Positions 48,966-58,120 of a stretch of 64,000 bases of DNA are shown piece by piece. The notes beneath the pieces are model-generated. The model made no database searches. It saw only the letters and a list, made by a program, of their open reading frames with translations, and was not told the origin of the DNA. Position 1 is the stretch's first letter. Every line of letters begins with the position of its first letter. The stretch is from Magnetococcales bacterium (GTDB taxonomy: Bacteria > Pseudomonadota > Magnetococcia > Magnetococcales > UBA8363), in contig JADFZF010000001.1 of the NCBI GenBank assembly GCA_015232645.1, positions 12,374 through 76,373 of the forward strand, read 5' to 3'. Made by a program: the position numbers and the translations under genes.

Positions 48966-49281
48966 CTCCAGTGCTTCCGATTTCTCTTCCAAACGCAACT
49001 CCCAACGTCTGGAGTTCGGAGAGTCAGCCGTCATGCGATATCATCTTCAAGATATTCCCATCAAAGTGTTGGACATGGGCATCACTGGTTTCGGCATTCA
49101 TACGGAGATGGCGGTGCCCGTTGGTAGTCTTGTTGAAATTGAAATTTCCGATGACTCGGGTTTGGATATCTATCAATGCCTATGCGTGTTTTGCAATCAA
49201 GATGGTACTTTTTTTCACATCGGGTTGGAAATCAAGGAACAGGAGTCGGAACTGGCATTTCTGCCGTTAGAAAATGAATGA
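48958..49281 (+). CDS. PilZ-domain protein (putative c-di-GMP receptor)
   Basis: 107 aa. An RxxxR motif (RNSQR) is followed by a D-x-S/G-x-x-G-like motif (DMGITGFG). It overlaps the kdsB end by 8 nt. Confidence 0.6.
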   Translation: MHNSSASDFSSKRNSQRLEFGESAVMRYHLQDIPIKVLDMGITGFGIHTEMAVPVGSLVEIEISDDSGLDIYQCLCVFCNQDGTFFHIGLEIKEQESELAFLPLENE

Positions 49282-49381
49282 AAATAATTCATACAATCGT
49301 GACCTGTGAACTTCAGGCTCAAGGAACCCTTGGGGCGTAGACTCGAGGTTGAGCCATTGACTTGGCGAAAGGTTCAGAATC

Positions 49382-50008
49382 ATGAGATTCAACATAGCGT
49401 ATGTGCAGCAATTTCTTTTTCCCGGATGGCCATGGTTATGGCGATCCGTCCTGGTCTTTCTGGGAGTGACCCTTTCCTGGGGGCTGACCGGATGTGTCAT
49501 TGATGGTTACCAACCATCGCTTATCGATTATACCTATCCTGCGACGGATCGCCTTCTTTACAATCTTGGCCATGGAAGTATTGAGCCCCATATCAAACCT
49601 TTGCGGATTGATCAACCATTATTGGTTGCCAGTTTTGTCGAACTGGATAATATCGAAAAAACCTCCACTTTCGGTCGGTTGGTTGCGGAGCAGATGGCTT
49701 CAAGGTTGAATCAGAATGGCTTCACGTTTATTGAAGTCAAGCTGCGCAGCAATCTTTACGTCCGCGCGCACCCGGGTGGTGAGTTGGCCCTATCCAGGGA
49801 TTTGCAGGCCATCGGCCGCCAGCACGAGGCCCAGGGGTTCCTGGTGGGGACCTATTCTCAGGTCCAGGATTTTGTCTACGTCTCCGCCCGGATCCTTCGT
49901 GTCGATGGCCATGTTTATGCCTCCCACGATTTTGCCATCCCCAGAAGTCGCCTGGTTGAATCCGGCATCCAAGGCCGTTACGATGCGTGGCAAAATTTAG
50001 GTCGGTAA
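49382..50008 (+). CDS. Putative lipoprotein, FlgO/TolB-N-like
   Basis: Lipobox LTGC follows a hydrophobic leader. PLLVASFVELDN...FGRLVAEQMASRL...FLVGTY...VYVSARILRVDG resembles FlgO-type outer-membrane lipoproteins. Confidence 0.5.
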   Translation: MRFNIAYVQQFLFPGWPWLWRSVLVFLGVTLSWGLTGCVIDGYQPSLIDYTYPATDRLLYNLGHGSIEPHIKPLRIDQPLLVASFVELDNIEKTSTFGRLVAEQMASRLNQNGFTFIEVKLRSNLYVRAHPGGELALSRDLQAIGRQHEAQGFLVGTYSQVQDFVYVSARILRVDGHVYASHDFAIPRSRLVESGIQGRYDAWQNLGR

Positions 50009-50160
50009 CACTGAATCGATTGGTCAGGGGGGGGACGGGTCCCTTGTCCGATCCATCTGCACCATTTTCATGGAAGGACTGAAAGGTTCCCTCTGCATGG
50101 ATAGCGTCACCGCTAGGTGCCCAAGGACGTCTCAGGCGGCGGACTTGGACCGATACCAAA

Positions 50161-51138
50161 TCAATACAGTCCATTATGCCGGTTAAAATTCACCTTCCCA
50201 GACCCGATATATTCATCGGAATGCAGCTTCGGGATAACGTGAACGTTCATGTTCATGTTTAAAAACTGCAAAGACATGACCAACATGAACAGTACGACCA
50301 TCCCTAAAATAATCAGCAGGGAGCTGACGAGATCGGTGGCCCAACCGGGAGTCGACCATTCGGTGCCAAAGCGGACGAACACTACGATGCCGATACCACC
50401 CATGGCTGCGACGATAATTCCCATCAAGGTGAAGAAAATTCGCGCATAAACGATTTCCCCAAAAACAGAAATTCCGTTGAGCCCATGGACCAATAAATTC
50501 CCTAAATTCTGCGACGACTGACCAAAATAACGTTCTCCCCGCTTCGAAGGAATCGAGTGATAGGGAATTCGCGAACGAATGATTGCGGATGGGTAATGCT
50601 GCCAAAGTTCCGGGCGAGAAACGAGGCTGATCAATCGATTTTTGGGTACGAGACTATAATTGCCAAAGTTGACAACCTTACCCACAAGCAGGCTGAATAA
50701 CAGACGATAAAAAAAATACCCCACTTTAAAGGCCATATTCTCCGTACGATTGCGCCGGGTACAAACCCAAATATCCTGTGAATTTTCGCCATGGAGGCGG
50801 ATCAGCTCGGGGATGGATTCCGGGCTGTCCTCGCCATCCGAATCCATGACAATGACGGCTTCAAAATCCCATTCCTGTTTCTCCAGATGAGCCAATCCCA
50901 TGGAAATCGCCTTTTGATTGCCCAAATTACAGATCAAATTCCAGGTTTCAACTTTGACCACGCAGCCTCTGGGTGGCAAGGATTGAAAATCCAAGGTATC
51001 CAGAGTGGTAGAACCGTCGTTGATAGCCAAAACATGGAGACAGGCATCGTTCAATGGCAACGCGTTCAGGTCTTCGACCAATTGTTGCAGGCAGGGCCAG
51101 TCGTTGAACACAGGCGTCAAGACAACGAATGTGCGCAT
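50161..51138 (-). CDS. Family 2 glycosyltransferase with C-terminal TM helices (polyprenyl-phosphate sugar synthase type, GtrB/ArnC-like)
   Basis: VVLTPVFNDW, AINDGS and a DxD-type MDSDGED motif, plus two hydrophobic C-terminal helices. The DNA is low in GC. Confidence 0.75.
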   Translation of the reverse strand: MRTFVVLTPVFNDWPCLQQLVEDLNALPLNDACLHVLAINDGSTTLDTLDFQSLPPRGCVVKVETWNLICNLGNQKAISMGLAHLEKQEWDFEAVIVMDSDGEDSPESIPELIRLHGENSQDIWVCTRRNRTENMAFKVGYFFYRLLFSLLVGKVVNFGNYSLVPKNRLISLVSRPELWQHYPSAIIRSRIPYHSIPSKRGERYFGQSSQNLGNLLVHGLNGISVFGEIVYARIFFTLMGIIVAAMGGIGIVVFVRFGTEWSTPGWATDLVSSLLIILGMVVLFMLVMSLQFLNMNMNVHVIPKLHSDEYIGSGKVNFNRHNGLY

Positions 51139-51205
51139 TGTGGGTTACCATGAGGGAGTTGTTTATTTAATATACCAAATAATAATTTATATCAAGTTTA
51201 TATGC

Positions 51206-52894
51206 TTAAAATAATTTTTGAAAATGAGGCGATTTAATTACGGAAAAAATCATACCCAAGCGCTCAATGCGATCAATAACCGGCAGTTGAGGAAATTTTT
51301 TGTCCGAATCCCACCGTGTTGAAGCCAAGATAAAGTCTGGATGAGTCACCTGATCTTCTTCTAAAATGATAAAGTTTTTCGGCATGAATTCCTTGATGTT
51401 GATGGGGACATAAAAAACACCGACGGTAAACCGACGATCTTCGAACGCCACATTTTCCCGTGCAGCGACTTGTCGAGCGTAGTCGATTATTTTTTTTGCG
51501 GCCTCGTAATAGGAAGTCATCCAATAATCGGTTTCAAACCATTTGGAAGCTTCAGGCATGCCGCCCGCGAAAATATTATAAAAAACGTATTGATACGGAT
51601 GTAATTTAATCATAAGATGAATATGATAGGTCAGATAGATGGCAAAAATGCCAATGAGCAAGGGTCGGATAATGATGCCAAGACGTTGAACCAGGCTTCC
51701 CCACTGCGCGAACGCGACTCCTGACAATACTGCTAACGATGGAACGACGAATAACAGATGCCGAATTCCATCATAAACCGCGCTGTGGTTAATGATCACA
51801 ATGGCAGGAGGCATCAATGTGGATACAAGGAGCAAGACAAGGGCGACAAATTCCTTGGTTGCCAACTGGTGCCAATGTTTCCAAGATTTCCATAGCGACC
51901 AGATCAGTACCGGAACAGATATAATTACAAGAAGTTCGGGCAAATTGACCAAAAAGTAGCCTGGGATGTAGTCCCATGGCAATTTTGAGGCATAAACATA
52001 GTGACCCTTGAATAACACCGATTTGGTCCAGACATGATGCGTTGCTGCTTGTAAAATGGAGTTGAAACGCAAAGGGTTGAAGCACAAATATGGCCAAAAT
52101 AACAACATTAAACCTGAAGCGATGGTCAAAGGGATGAAGAAGGCGCGCGCCAAGGACGATTGCTGTATATAATGCCAAGATTCCTTTATCCCCGGGTGGC
52201 GGCGATAGTGGAACAACAACACGATGGTCCAGGCCAGTCCCATATATCCGATCAGCAAAATCCCCCCGATGCGAACCCCGATGGCCAGAGCCATGGACAG
52301 GCCGAGTTTAATGAGCAATCCTTTCGAAACATCTAGAGGCCTTTCGACCAGCCGAATCAGATAATATAAAGTCCAAATGGTACCAGTGGCAAAAGGGATA
52401 TCCTTGGCGTTGATGAAGGTGTGGCCATAAAACACTGGAGTCATTGCCAAAAATAGCAACGACCAAAACCCCGCTTTTGGTCCCGCGATCACACGACCGG
52501 TCTTCCAGGTTCCTACAAACGCGAGGAATCCGGTCAGAACATTGACAATACGGCGAGTCAGATGGCCCGGCAACGGCAACAGCCACGCCAACATTTCCGA
52601 CAGGGTATCGTAGAGGCCACCAAAAAGGTGCAGGTCGAGATATTTCAAGGCCCGGACATCAACACCGAAGGTCGCGTAAAAGCTGGCGATGGCCTTGCCA
52701 TAAAATCGATTCTGCCAAACCTCGTCATAGCTGTAGCCGTAATCACGGCAGGTGATCAGCATCAGCAAACCGAGGCAAACAAGGATCAGTGTAGAAAGAC
52801 GGTCATACACGGCTTCCCAATCAGGAGCCGCCGTCCTGGGGATAACTTCAACTGCAAGATCCATAAGAGACTCACCCACGTCCCGTGGACGCAT
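51206..52894 (-). CDS. GT-C fold membrane glycosyltransferase (ArnT/PMT-like)
   Basis: 562 aa with more than 10 predicted TM helices and an acidic first-loop motif (GYSYDEVW) like the DE motif of PMT/ArnT enzymes. The start is uncertain (ATG at 52894 or 52864). Confidence 0.7.
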   Translation of the reverse strand: MRPRDVGESLMDLAVEVIPRTAAPDWEAVYDRLSTLILVCLGLLMLITCRDYGYSYDEVWQNRFYGKAIASFYATFGVDVRALKYLDLHLFGGLYDTLSEMLAWLLPLPGHLTRRIVNVLTGFLAFVGTWKTGRVIAGPKAGFWSLLFLAMTPVFYGHTFINAKDIPFATGTIWTLYYLIRLVERPLDVSKGLLIKLGLSMALAIGVRIGGILLIGYMGLAWTIVLLFHYRRHPGIKESWHYIQQSSLARAFFIPLTIASGLMLLFWPYLCFNPLRFNSILQAATHHVWTKSVLFKGHYVYASKLPWDYIPGYFLVNLPELLVIISVPVLIWSLWKSWKHWHQLATKEFVALVLLLVSTLMPPAIVIINHSAVYDGIRHLLFVVPSLAVLSGVAFAQWGSLVQRLGIIIRPLLIGIFAIYLTYHIHLMIKLHPYQYVFYNIFAGGMPEASKWFETDYWMTSYYEAAKKIIDYARQVAARENVAFEDRRFTVGVFYVPINIKEFMPKNFIILEEDQVTHPDFILASTRWDSDKKFPQLPVIDRIERLGMIFSVIKSPHFQKLF

Positions 52895-53588
52895 GTCACA
52901 TCTAATTGTTTTTATTATTTATAATTGTTCCTGGAACCATTCAGCCCCACCGATGACAAACAGGGGCACTTCCAATTCTACCCACCACCAGAGTAAAACA
53001 TATCCCCCAATTTGGCTATAGCCCATTTTGCGACCTATTGTACTAAATCGATCATCGTTCCCTGCCTTAACAAAATATTTATAACGGATTCCGACCTTCC
53101 TTAATGATGCATTAACTATCACAACGCCTGGAAAAGAATCATGCATGCTTATATTCCAGGCAATAACAACCATTTCAACTGGTTCGTGTATGGCTTTAAC
53201 ATGGACAGAAATTATTAATTGCTATTATTATTCAACTACTTATATAAAATTTGTCCGAATGTGGCCCCAAACTTGATTGCTTGAGATCACTGAGTGTGGC
53301 AAAAGGATGACAGTCAGTGCGAAAAATGCGACAGTCACGAATCGGCTCAATGATCGATAAAAATATTATCTTTAATTGTCAACAAGATACACAAAATCGA
53401 ACAATCCTGCCCAATTGGCCATGGAGTTGCATTATGGTTCGTCCGATAGATCTGTTGTGCAGTCCGAAGGATCAATCAAGCTTGGTTGCCAAGCACCCTG
53501 AAATTGATCAGGAGCCAGTTTTTATTAAATTATTCAACCCAACCATCTGAACCATCTGTTAAAGATGTCATCTCAAAGGAAAAGACCC

Positions 53589-55034
53589 ATGAAAAAATCA
53601 CTACTCCTCGGATTATCAGCATTGGTCACCGCCGCGGCCTGGGCCCCCATGGCCAATGCCGGAGAAATCAAGCTCGGTGGTTTCTACCAAGGCCGCTGGC
53701 AGGTTTACGACAATACCATGACCAAGGAAGCCTCCCCCACCAACGAAGGAGAAGGCTACGTGCAACGTCTGCAATTACAGGCGGACATGAAAGCCTCCGA
53801 AAAGAGCAATGCCCACTTGGTCGTTCGGGTGCTGGACAATAACACCGTTGAAGGAGCCGATCTCGGATCGGTGTCCGACATCGCCACCACCGCCACCCCT
53901 GGCCTCGCTGCCTGGAACAGGGTATCACCCGCCGCCAACAATGCCATGAGCAACAATTTCTGGGAAATCCGGCAGGCTTGGTTGGAAACGGAAGCCTGGG
54001 GCGTGGGGATCAAATTCGGCAACATGCCTCTGACTCTTAACGACAGCATCCTCGTCGGTGACGATACCTCTGGCAACGGTGGTCTGCTCCTGTCCAAAAC
54101 CTTTGGCAATGTCACGGTGGTCGCCGGCAACATTCGCATCAACGAAGGCACCTCCATGGGCACCGCCAGAAACAACACTCTGTATAGCTCTGGTCAGGAT
54201 GACTCCAACCTGTGGGCTGCCAGCGCCTTTGGCAAAGTGGGTCTTGCCGATTATAACGCCACCCTGGCCTACGCCGATATCGGTAAAGTTTCCGACTTCC
54301 AGAACGCTCTGAATGCAGCGACTGGGAACACCGCGGGATGCACCGCCGCCAACCCGAACTGTAATGGCTCCAACAACCTATGGGCAGCTCTGACCTTGAG
54401 CGGAAAGATCGGCTATGTCAACGCCGTCGGCACCGTGATCTATGAAAATGGCTATGATCTCAAAAGCAATACCGCCGCCACCGCCGGATCCAAGGTCTCC
54501 AGTCAATTCGCTGATTCCGGCGCCCTCGTCGCACTGCGTCTGAGTGGCAACACCAACTTCGGTGAATGGAACGCTTATGGATTCACCGCATCCAAGGGTT
54601 TCAACAATATAACCAACGACAATACCGGCTGGTCCCCGACCTGGGCCCAAGATGGACCGGGCACTGTCGATCTCCTGAACACTTTTGCCAATAGTGCCGG
54701 CAAAGGGGCGTTGTCATCCGCATCCGGCATGACTGCCAATAGCAACTGGACTTCTCCCAGCGAAAACATGTCGGGTATCGGGGTCGGCCTGAAAATCAAA
54801 TCAGCGGGTTGGACCATCAACCCCATGGTCGATTATGCCCAAGTGACGCGTTCAGTCACTGGGGATAATTTTAAATCCGCTGCCGGTGGTAGTCTGCTCC
54901 TCACCACTCAGATTCAGAAAGATACAACTCTGATGCTGGAAGCCGCCATGATCCGTCCAACCACCGCCAGTGGAGCCACCGTCACCAGCGACAACCCCTA
55001 CTATGCCCAAGCAAGCATCAAAATGGCTTTCTGA
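53589..55034 (+). CDS. Outer-membrane porin-like beta-barrel protein
   Basis: The ATG at 53589 follows AAGGAAAAG. A signal peptide (MKKSLLLGLSALVTAAAWAPMANA) is present. The composition is Gly/Asn/Thr/Ala-rich with an alternating pattern, and the C-terminus ends ...ASIKMAF. Confidence 0.7.
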   Translation: MKKSLLLGLSALVTAAAWAPMANAGEIKLGGFYQGRWQVYDNTMTKEASPTNEGEGYVQRLQLQADMKASEKSNAHLVVRVLDNNTVEGADLGSVSDIATTATPGLAAWNRVSPAANNAMSNNFWEIRQAWLETEAWGVGIKFGNMPLTLNDSILVGDDTSGNGGLLLSKTFGNVTVVAGNIRINEGTSMGTARNNTLYSSGQDDSNLWAASAFGKVGLADYNATLAYADIGKVSDFQNALNAATGNTAGCTAANPNCNGSNNLWAALTLSGKIGYVNAVGTVIYENGYDLKSNTAATAGSKVSSQFADSGALVALRLSGNTNFGEWNAYGFTASKGFNNITNDNTGWSPTWAQDGPGTVDLLNTFANSAGKGALSSASGMTANSNWTSPSENMSGIGVGLKIKSAGWTINPMVDYAQVTRSVTGDNFKSAAGGSLLLTTQIQKDTTLMLEAAMIRPTTASGATVTSDNPYYAQASIKMAF

Positions 55035-55104
55035 AACACTCTTGAACTGCCGGCCTGGCGTGGCGTCGGTCACACCGGACGGCTAGGCTGATATATGACA
55101 AAAA

Positions 55105-55140
55105 GGGGGATGGTCCTGAGCCGACCATCCCCCTTTTTTC
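55105..55140 (+). terminator. Rho-independent terminator after the porin gene
   Basis: Perfect 11-bp stem GGGGGATGGTC/GACCATCCCCC with a 7-nt loop, followed by TTTTTTC. Confidence 0.85.
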
Positions 55141-55257
55141 TTTACCAGGCTGTGGGAACGATGGCGACCGACAAAAAAACATGGCTGAACATTGGCGATC
55201 CCCTGAGGATCTGTTAGTCTGTCCCAAATCCACCAACCCAGAGCACGGTAGGAAAAC

Positions 55258-55812
55258 ATGAAAGGAAAGATCAAAATCGTCCTTTTTTCTGTCCTGACAC
55301 TTGGCCTGTCAGGCTGCTCGCAAGATTTCTGGAGCAGTCGCAACAAGTTGGATGAACACCCACTGGCCAAATTCGGCCAAAAGAAAGTCATCGAGGATGC
55401 CAAGGCCAGCGGTTCACCCAATTCTGCCGCCGAGGCAGGGAGTGAAAGCATGTTCAGCTTAGGCAGCGAAGAAGGGATTTTCAGCCGCGGCACATCCAAA
55501 CGCAAGGAGCAGATACGCGCTGATAAATTGTTCTCCGGGGCCCTTGACGTCGTCATCGGCCTGCCCATACAGGTAGCCAATCGCGAAGGGGGGTTGGTCA
55601 GCACCGACTGGAAAATCGATCCTCATAACAGTTCGGACCGCTACCGTCTCAATATCCTTGTTTCCGGTAAGGATCCCTACGGCGAAGTGAAGGTGGCCGT
55701 GCTCAAGCAATCCTTGCGTAACGGCGTCTGGGAAGACGTTACCGCCGACCAAACCATGGCGGATCACATTGCCAAAAAGATAAGAAAACAGGCCGAGGAT
55801 GAACGCCCGTAG
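55258..55812 (+). CDS. Putative lipoprotein
   Basis: Lipobox LSGC after MKGKIKIVLFSVLTLG; 184 aa. The antisense 173-aa ORF was rejected. Confidence 0.65.
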   Translation: MKGKIKIVLFSVLTLGLSGCSQDFWSSRNKLDEHPLAKFGQKKVIEDAKASGSPNSAAEAGSESMFSLGSEEGIFSRGTSKRKEQIRADKLFSGALDVVIGLPIQVANREGGLVSTDWKIDPHNSSDRYRLNILVSGKDPYGEVKVAVLKQSLRNGVWEDVTADQTMADHIAKKIRKQAEDERP

Positions 55813-55847
55813 CCGCTGATCCTGGATTCTCACCTACCTTGGACCTG

Positions 55848-55908
55848 CCCCTTTTTCCCCTGGCTCATACCACCCCTTTTTCCCCTGGCTCATACCAGGG
55901 GAAAAAGG
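55848..55908. repeat. Perfect 25-bp tandem duplication whose second copy forms a 14-bp hairpin
   Basis: CCCCTTTTTCCCCTGGCTCATACCA occurs at 55848-55872 and again at 55873-55897. CCTTTTTCCCCTGG (55875-55888) pairs with CCAGGGGAAAAAGG (55895-55908). The element lies between convergent genes. Confidence 0.9.
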
Positions 55909-55972
55909 AACTCGGGCAGGGGCCACGCTGGTTCAATCATCCATTTTCAAGGAATGCGGAGGACCAACACAG

Positions 55973-56021
55973 TAACCAGACGTCATGATACTAACAACTA
56001 ACCAGGCGTCATGATACTAAC
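55973..56021. repeat. Two copies of a 23-bp direct repeat (period 26)
   Basis: TAACCAGACGTCATGATACTAAC (55973-55995) and TAACCAGGCGTCATGATACTAAC (55999-56021) differ by one mismatch. They lie directly downstream of the minus-strand stop at 56025. Confidence 0.9.
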
Positions 56022-56024
56022 GAC

Positions 56025-56669
56025 TCAGGACCTGCCATGGTCTGTTGTGGTCTCCAAGCTTGCATCCTCCTCATCCTCGGTGTTGTTCTCCAGGATCACC
56101 GAGGGCGAAAGTGGTTTTTTGAGAGGCTTGGCGGTTTCCAGTACGATGGGTTTGGTTCCTATGGGTTGAACCGGTAACGGAAGGGTCAGGTTGACCATTT
56201 CTCGCGTTACCGGGACGGCCAGGGGTATAAACTGACCATTTTTATAATCGACAAACTCACCAGGCCAGCCATTTTCCTGAATCCTCGTCATGATTTCGTT
56301 GGCCATGGCCGCAGGGGTATGGGCCAAGCACACCCCATATCCCGCCCGATCGGAAACTGCGATGGAAAACAGTTTGGTCGCCGAAGTGATTTTAGCAATG
56401 GTATCCTTGTCCAGATAACCTGCCTCCTTGAGTGATCCTTCCGATCCGGTAACAGCGCGCGGATAATAGCTCTTATCTCTATAATGCTGCAAACATGCAC
56501 GGCTTATAGTATAATACAACCCAACCAAAATTGTTATCTTGTCAGGAGGCAGCTCATCCACAACATGCCGTTCCCGCATACGCCGCAACCGTAACAAGGC
56601 CCAAAAAAGCGACGCCAGCACCATGAGAAAAACGAGAAAGATCAAAACAGTGGTCATGACTTGAGGCAT
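56025..56669 (-). CDS. Hypothetical single-pass membrane protein
   Basis: The preferred start is Met at 56669 (MPQVMTTVLIFLVFLMVLASLFWALL, a TM helix). The track ORF extends to 56840, which would abut the start of the track ORF containing tusA (56841). No family was recognised. Confidence 0.55.
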   Translation of the reverse strand: MPQVMTTVLIFLVFLMVLASLFWALLRLRRMRERHVVDELPPDKITILVGLYYTISRACLQHYRDKSYYPRAVTGSEGSLKEAGYLDKDTIAKITSATKLFSIAVSDRAGYGVCLAHTPAAMANEIMTRIQENGWPGEFVDYKNGQFIPLAVPVTREMVNLTLPLPVQPIGTKPIVLETAKPLKKPLSPSVILENNTEDEEDASLETTTDHGRS

Positions 56670-56903
56670 CTTCAGGTTAGAGTGAACTTGAACGTTATTC
56701 GGGTCTGAAAGGCCTAGAAACTTTTTTCCATTGGCAGATGGAGGCAAAACATGCACAATGGCCCGGTATCCGCAATGGTGACGGGGATCTAACCCCAAGC
56801 GAATCATTACGCATCCCGGCCTCTTAAGGCCTTCAGGCAATTGGTAAGACTAGCAGATAATTCCGTCGAACTCCCGCGAAATCCGATTTGGAGGACAAAA
56901 AAC

Positions 56904-57131
56904 ATGGCTGACTCTACCCTTGACGCCAAAGGATTGAACTGTCCTTTGCCCATTCTTCGCGCCAAGAAGGCCCTTAAGGGCATGTCCAATGGCCAAGTGC
57001 TTGCCATTGAAGCTACCGATCCTGGTTCCGCCAAGGACTTTGAATCCTTTTGCGTCCAAACCGGTAACGAATTGATCAAAGCTTCCGAAAGCAACGGGGT
57101 TTTTTATTACGAAATCAAGAAAAAAGGCTAA
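56904..57131 (+). CDS. tusA: TusA/SirA-family sulfur carrier protein
   Basis: The ATG at 56904 follows GGAGGA. The sequence GLNCPLPILRAKKAL contains the CPxP active-site motif; 75 aa. Confidence 0.85.
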   Translation: MADSTLDAKGLNCPLPILRAKKALKGMSNGQVLAIEATDPGSAKDFESFCVQTGNELIKASESNGVFYYEIKKKG

Positions 57132-57146
57132 GGGGGGATCCTTACT

Positions 57147-57617
57147 ATGGCCGAGCAAAAAAAACTGGCAATCATCGCGACCAAGGGGACTTTGGATTTT
57201 GCCTATCCCCCTCTGATTCTGGCCACCACCGCTGCAGCTCTGGATTATGAGGTCACCATTTTCTGGACGTTTTATGGTCTTCAGGTTGTCAAAAAGGAAC
57301 GTGATCTGAAAATTTCTCCCCTCGGCAATCCGGCCATGCCCATGCCCATACCCATGCCCGTTCTGGTACAGTCGTTGCCGGGAATGGAAGCCATGGCGAC
57401 CGTCATGATGAAACAAAAGATGGCTAGCAAAGGCGTTGCCAGCATTGACAGTCTCTTAGAGATGGCGATTGAGTCGGATGTCAAGATGATCGCCTGCCAA
57501 ATGACCGTCGATCTGTTCGATTTCAAACATTCTGAACTTATTGACGGCCTTGAGTTCGCTGGTGCTGCCCGCTTTTTTGAAATCGCCCAGGACGCCGACA
57601 TCACACTGTTCATCTAA
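57147..57617 (+). CDS. DsrE/DsrF-like (DsrE2/DsrE3-type) sulfur-relay protein
   Basis: 156 aa. KLAIIATKGTLDFAYPPLILATTAAAL and a conserved-looking Cys in IACQMT. It lies directly downstream of tusA. Confidence 0.7.
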   Translation: MAEQKKLAIIATKGTLDFAYPPLILATTAAALDYEVTIFWTFYGLQVVKKERDLKISPLGNPAMPMPIPMPVLVQSLPGMEAMATVMMKQKMASKGVASIDSLLEMAIESDVKMIACQMTVDLFDFKHSELIDGLEFAGAARFFEIAQDADITLFI

Positions 57618-57646
57618 TACGGCCACATTCGATACGCCGCACATTA

Positions 57647-57681
57647 AAAGCCCGGATGTAATCGCAATCCGGGCTTTTTTG
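57647..57681 (+). terminator. Rho-independent terminator after the dsrE-like gene
   Basis: Stem AAAGCCCGGA/TCCGGGCTTT with an 11-nt loop; the right arm runs into a TTTTTT tract (57675-57680). Confidence 0.8.
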
Positions 57682-57820
57682 TTGCACCGAATCTGGCTGA
57701 CAAAACACCTTGATCCCAACCTGACCGCGGTGATGATAAATTAACATTCAGTCGCATGGATGGGTTGAGAAATGACCGCTCCCTTCCTGAGTTCGTTTGT
57801 AGATCAATAATCAAGTAATC

Positions 57821-58120
57821 GTTCTGATCCCCCGGTTCGGGAATATAAGAAGCAATTAGTCTTTGCGACTTTCCCCAGGGTTTTGATTCTGCCTTTCACG
57901 CGCCCCTTCACCCGAAGCAATTTTTCCGCGTGCGTTTTGCGGAAAAACCGCGCCGGCGCGCGCCTTGGTCCCGCAAAAAGCACTGAGGAATCTGGCTTCG
58001 GGAGAAGGGGCGCGTGAAAAACAAAGGGACAGTCAAAACAAAAAACAAAAATCAAACCTTTGGGGGCAATCCCCCAGACCCCCTTTTTTTTTCAATATCC
58101 CCGAACCGGGGGACCTGAAC
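57821..58120. repeat. 300-bp imperfect palindromic, MITE-like element with 26-bp terminal inverted repeats
   Basis: The left TIR GTTCTGATCCCCCGGTTCGGGAATAT (57821-57846) pairs with ATATCCCCGAACCGGGGGACCTGAAC (58095-58120); the core is 18/19 identical. A nested 24-bp IR (57894-57917 / 57996-58019) has one mismatch. A central hairpin lies at 57921-57947. Confidence 0.7.

Noticed and set aside
52919-53173. 84-aa minus-strand ORF just upstream of the GT-C gene, considered as a GtrA-like flippase completing a gtrA-gtrB-gtrX-type set
   Set aside because: It has no SD, it is too short, it lacks the four TM helices of GtrA-family proteins, and only one hydrophobic stretch is present. It may be a remnant, but I cannot support it.
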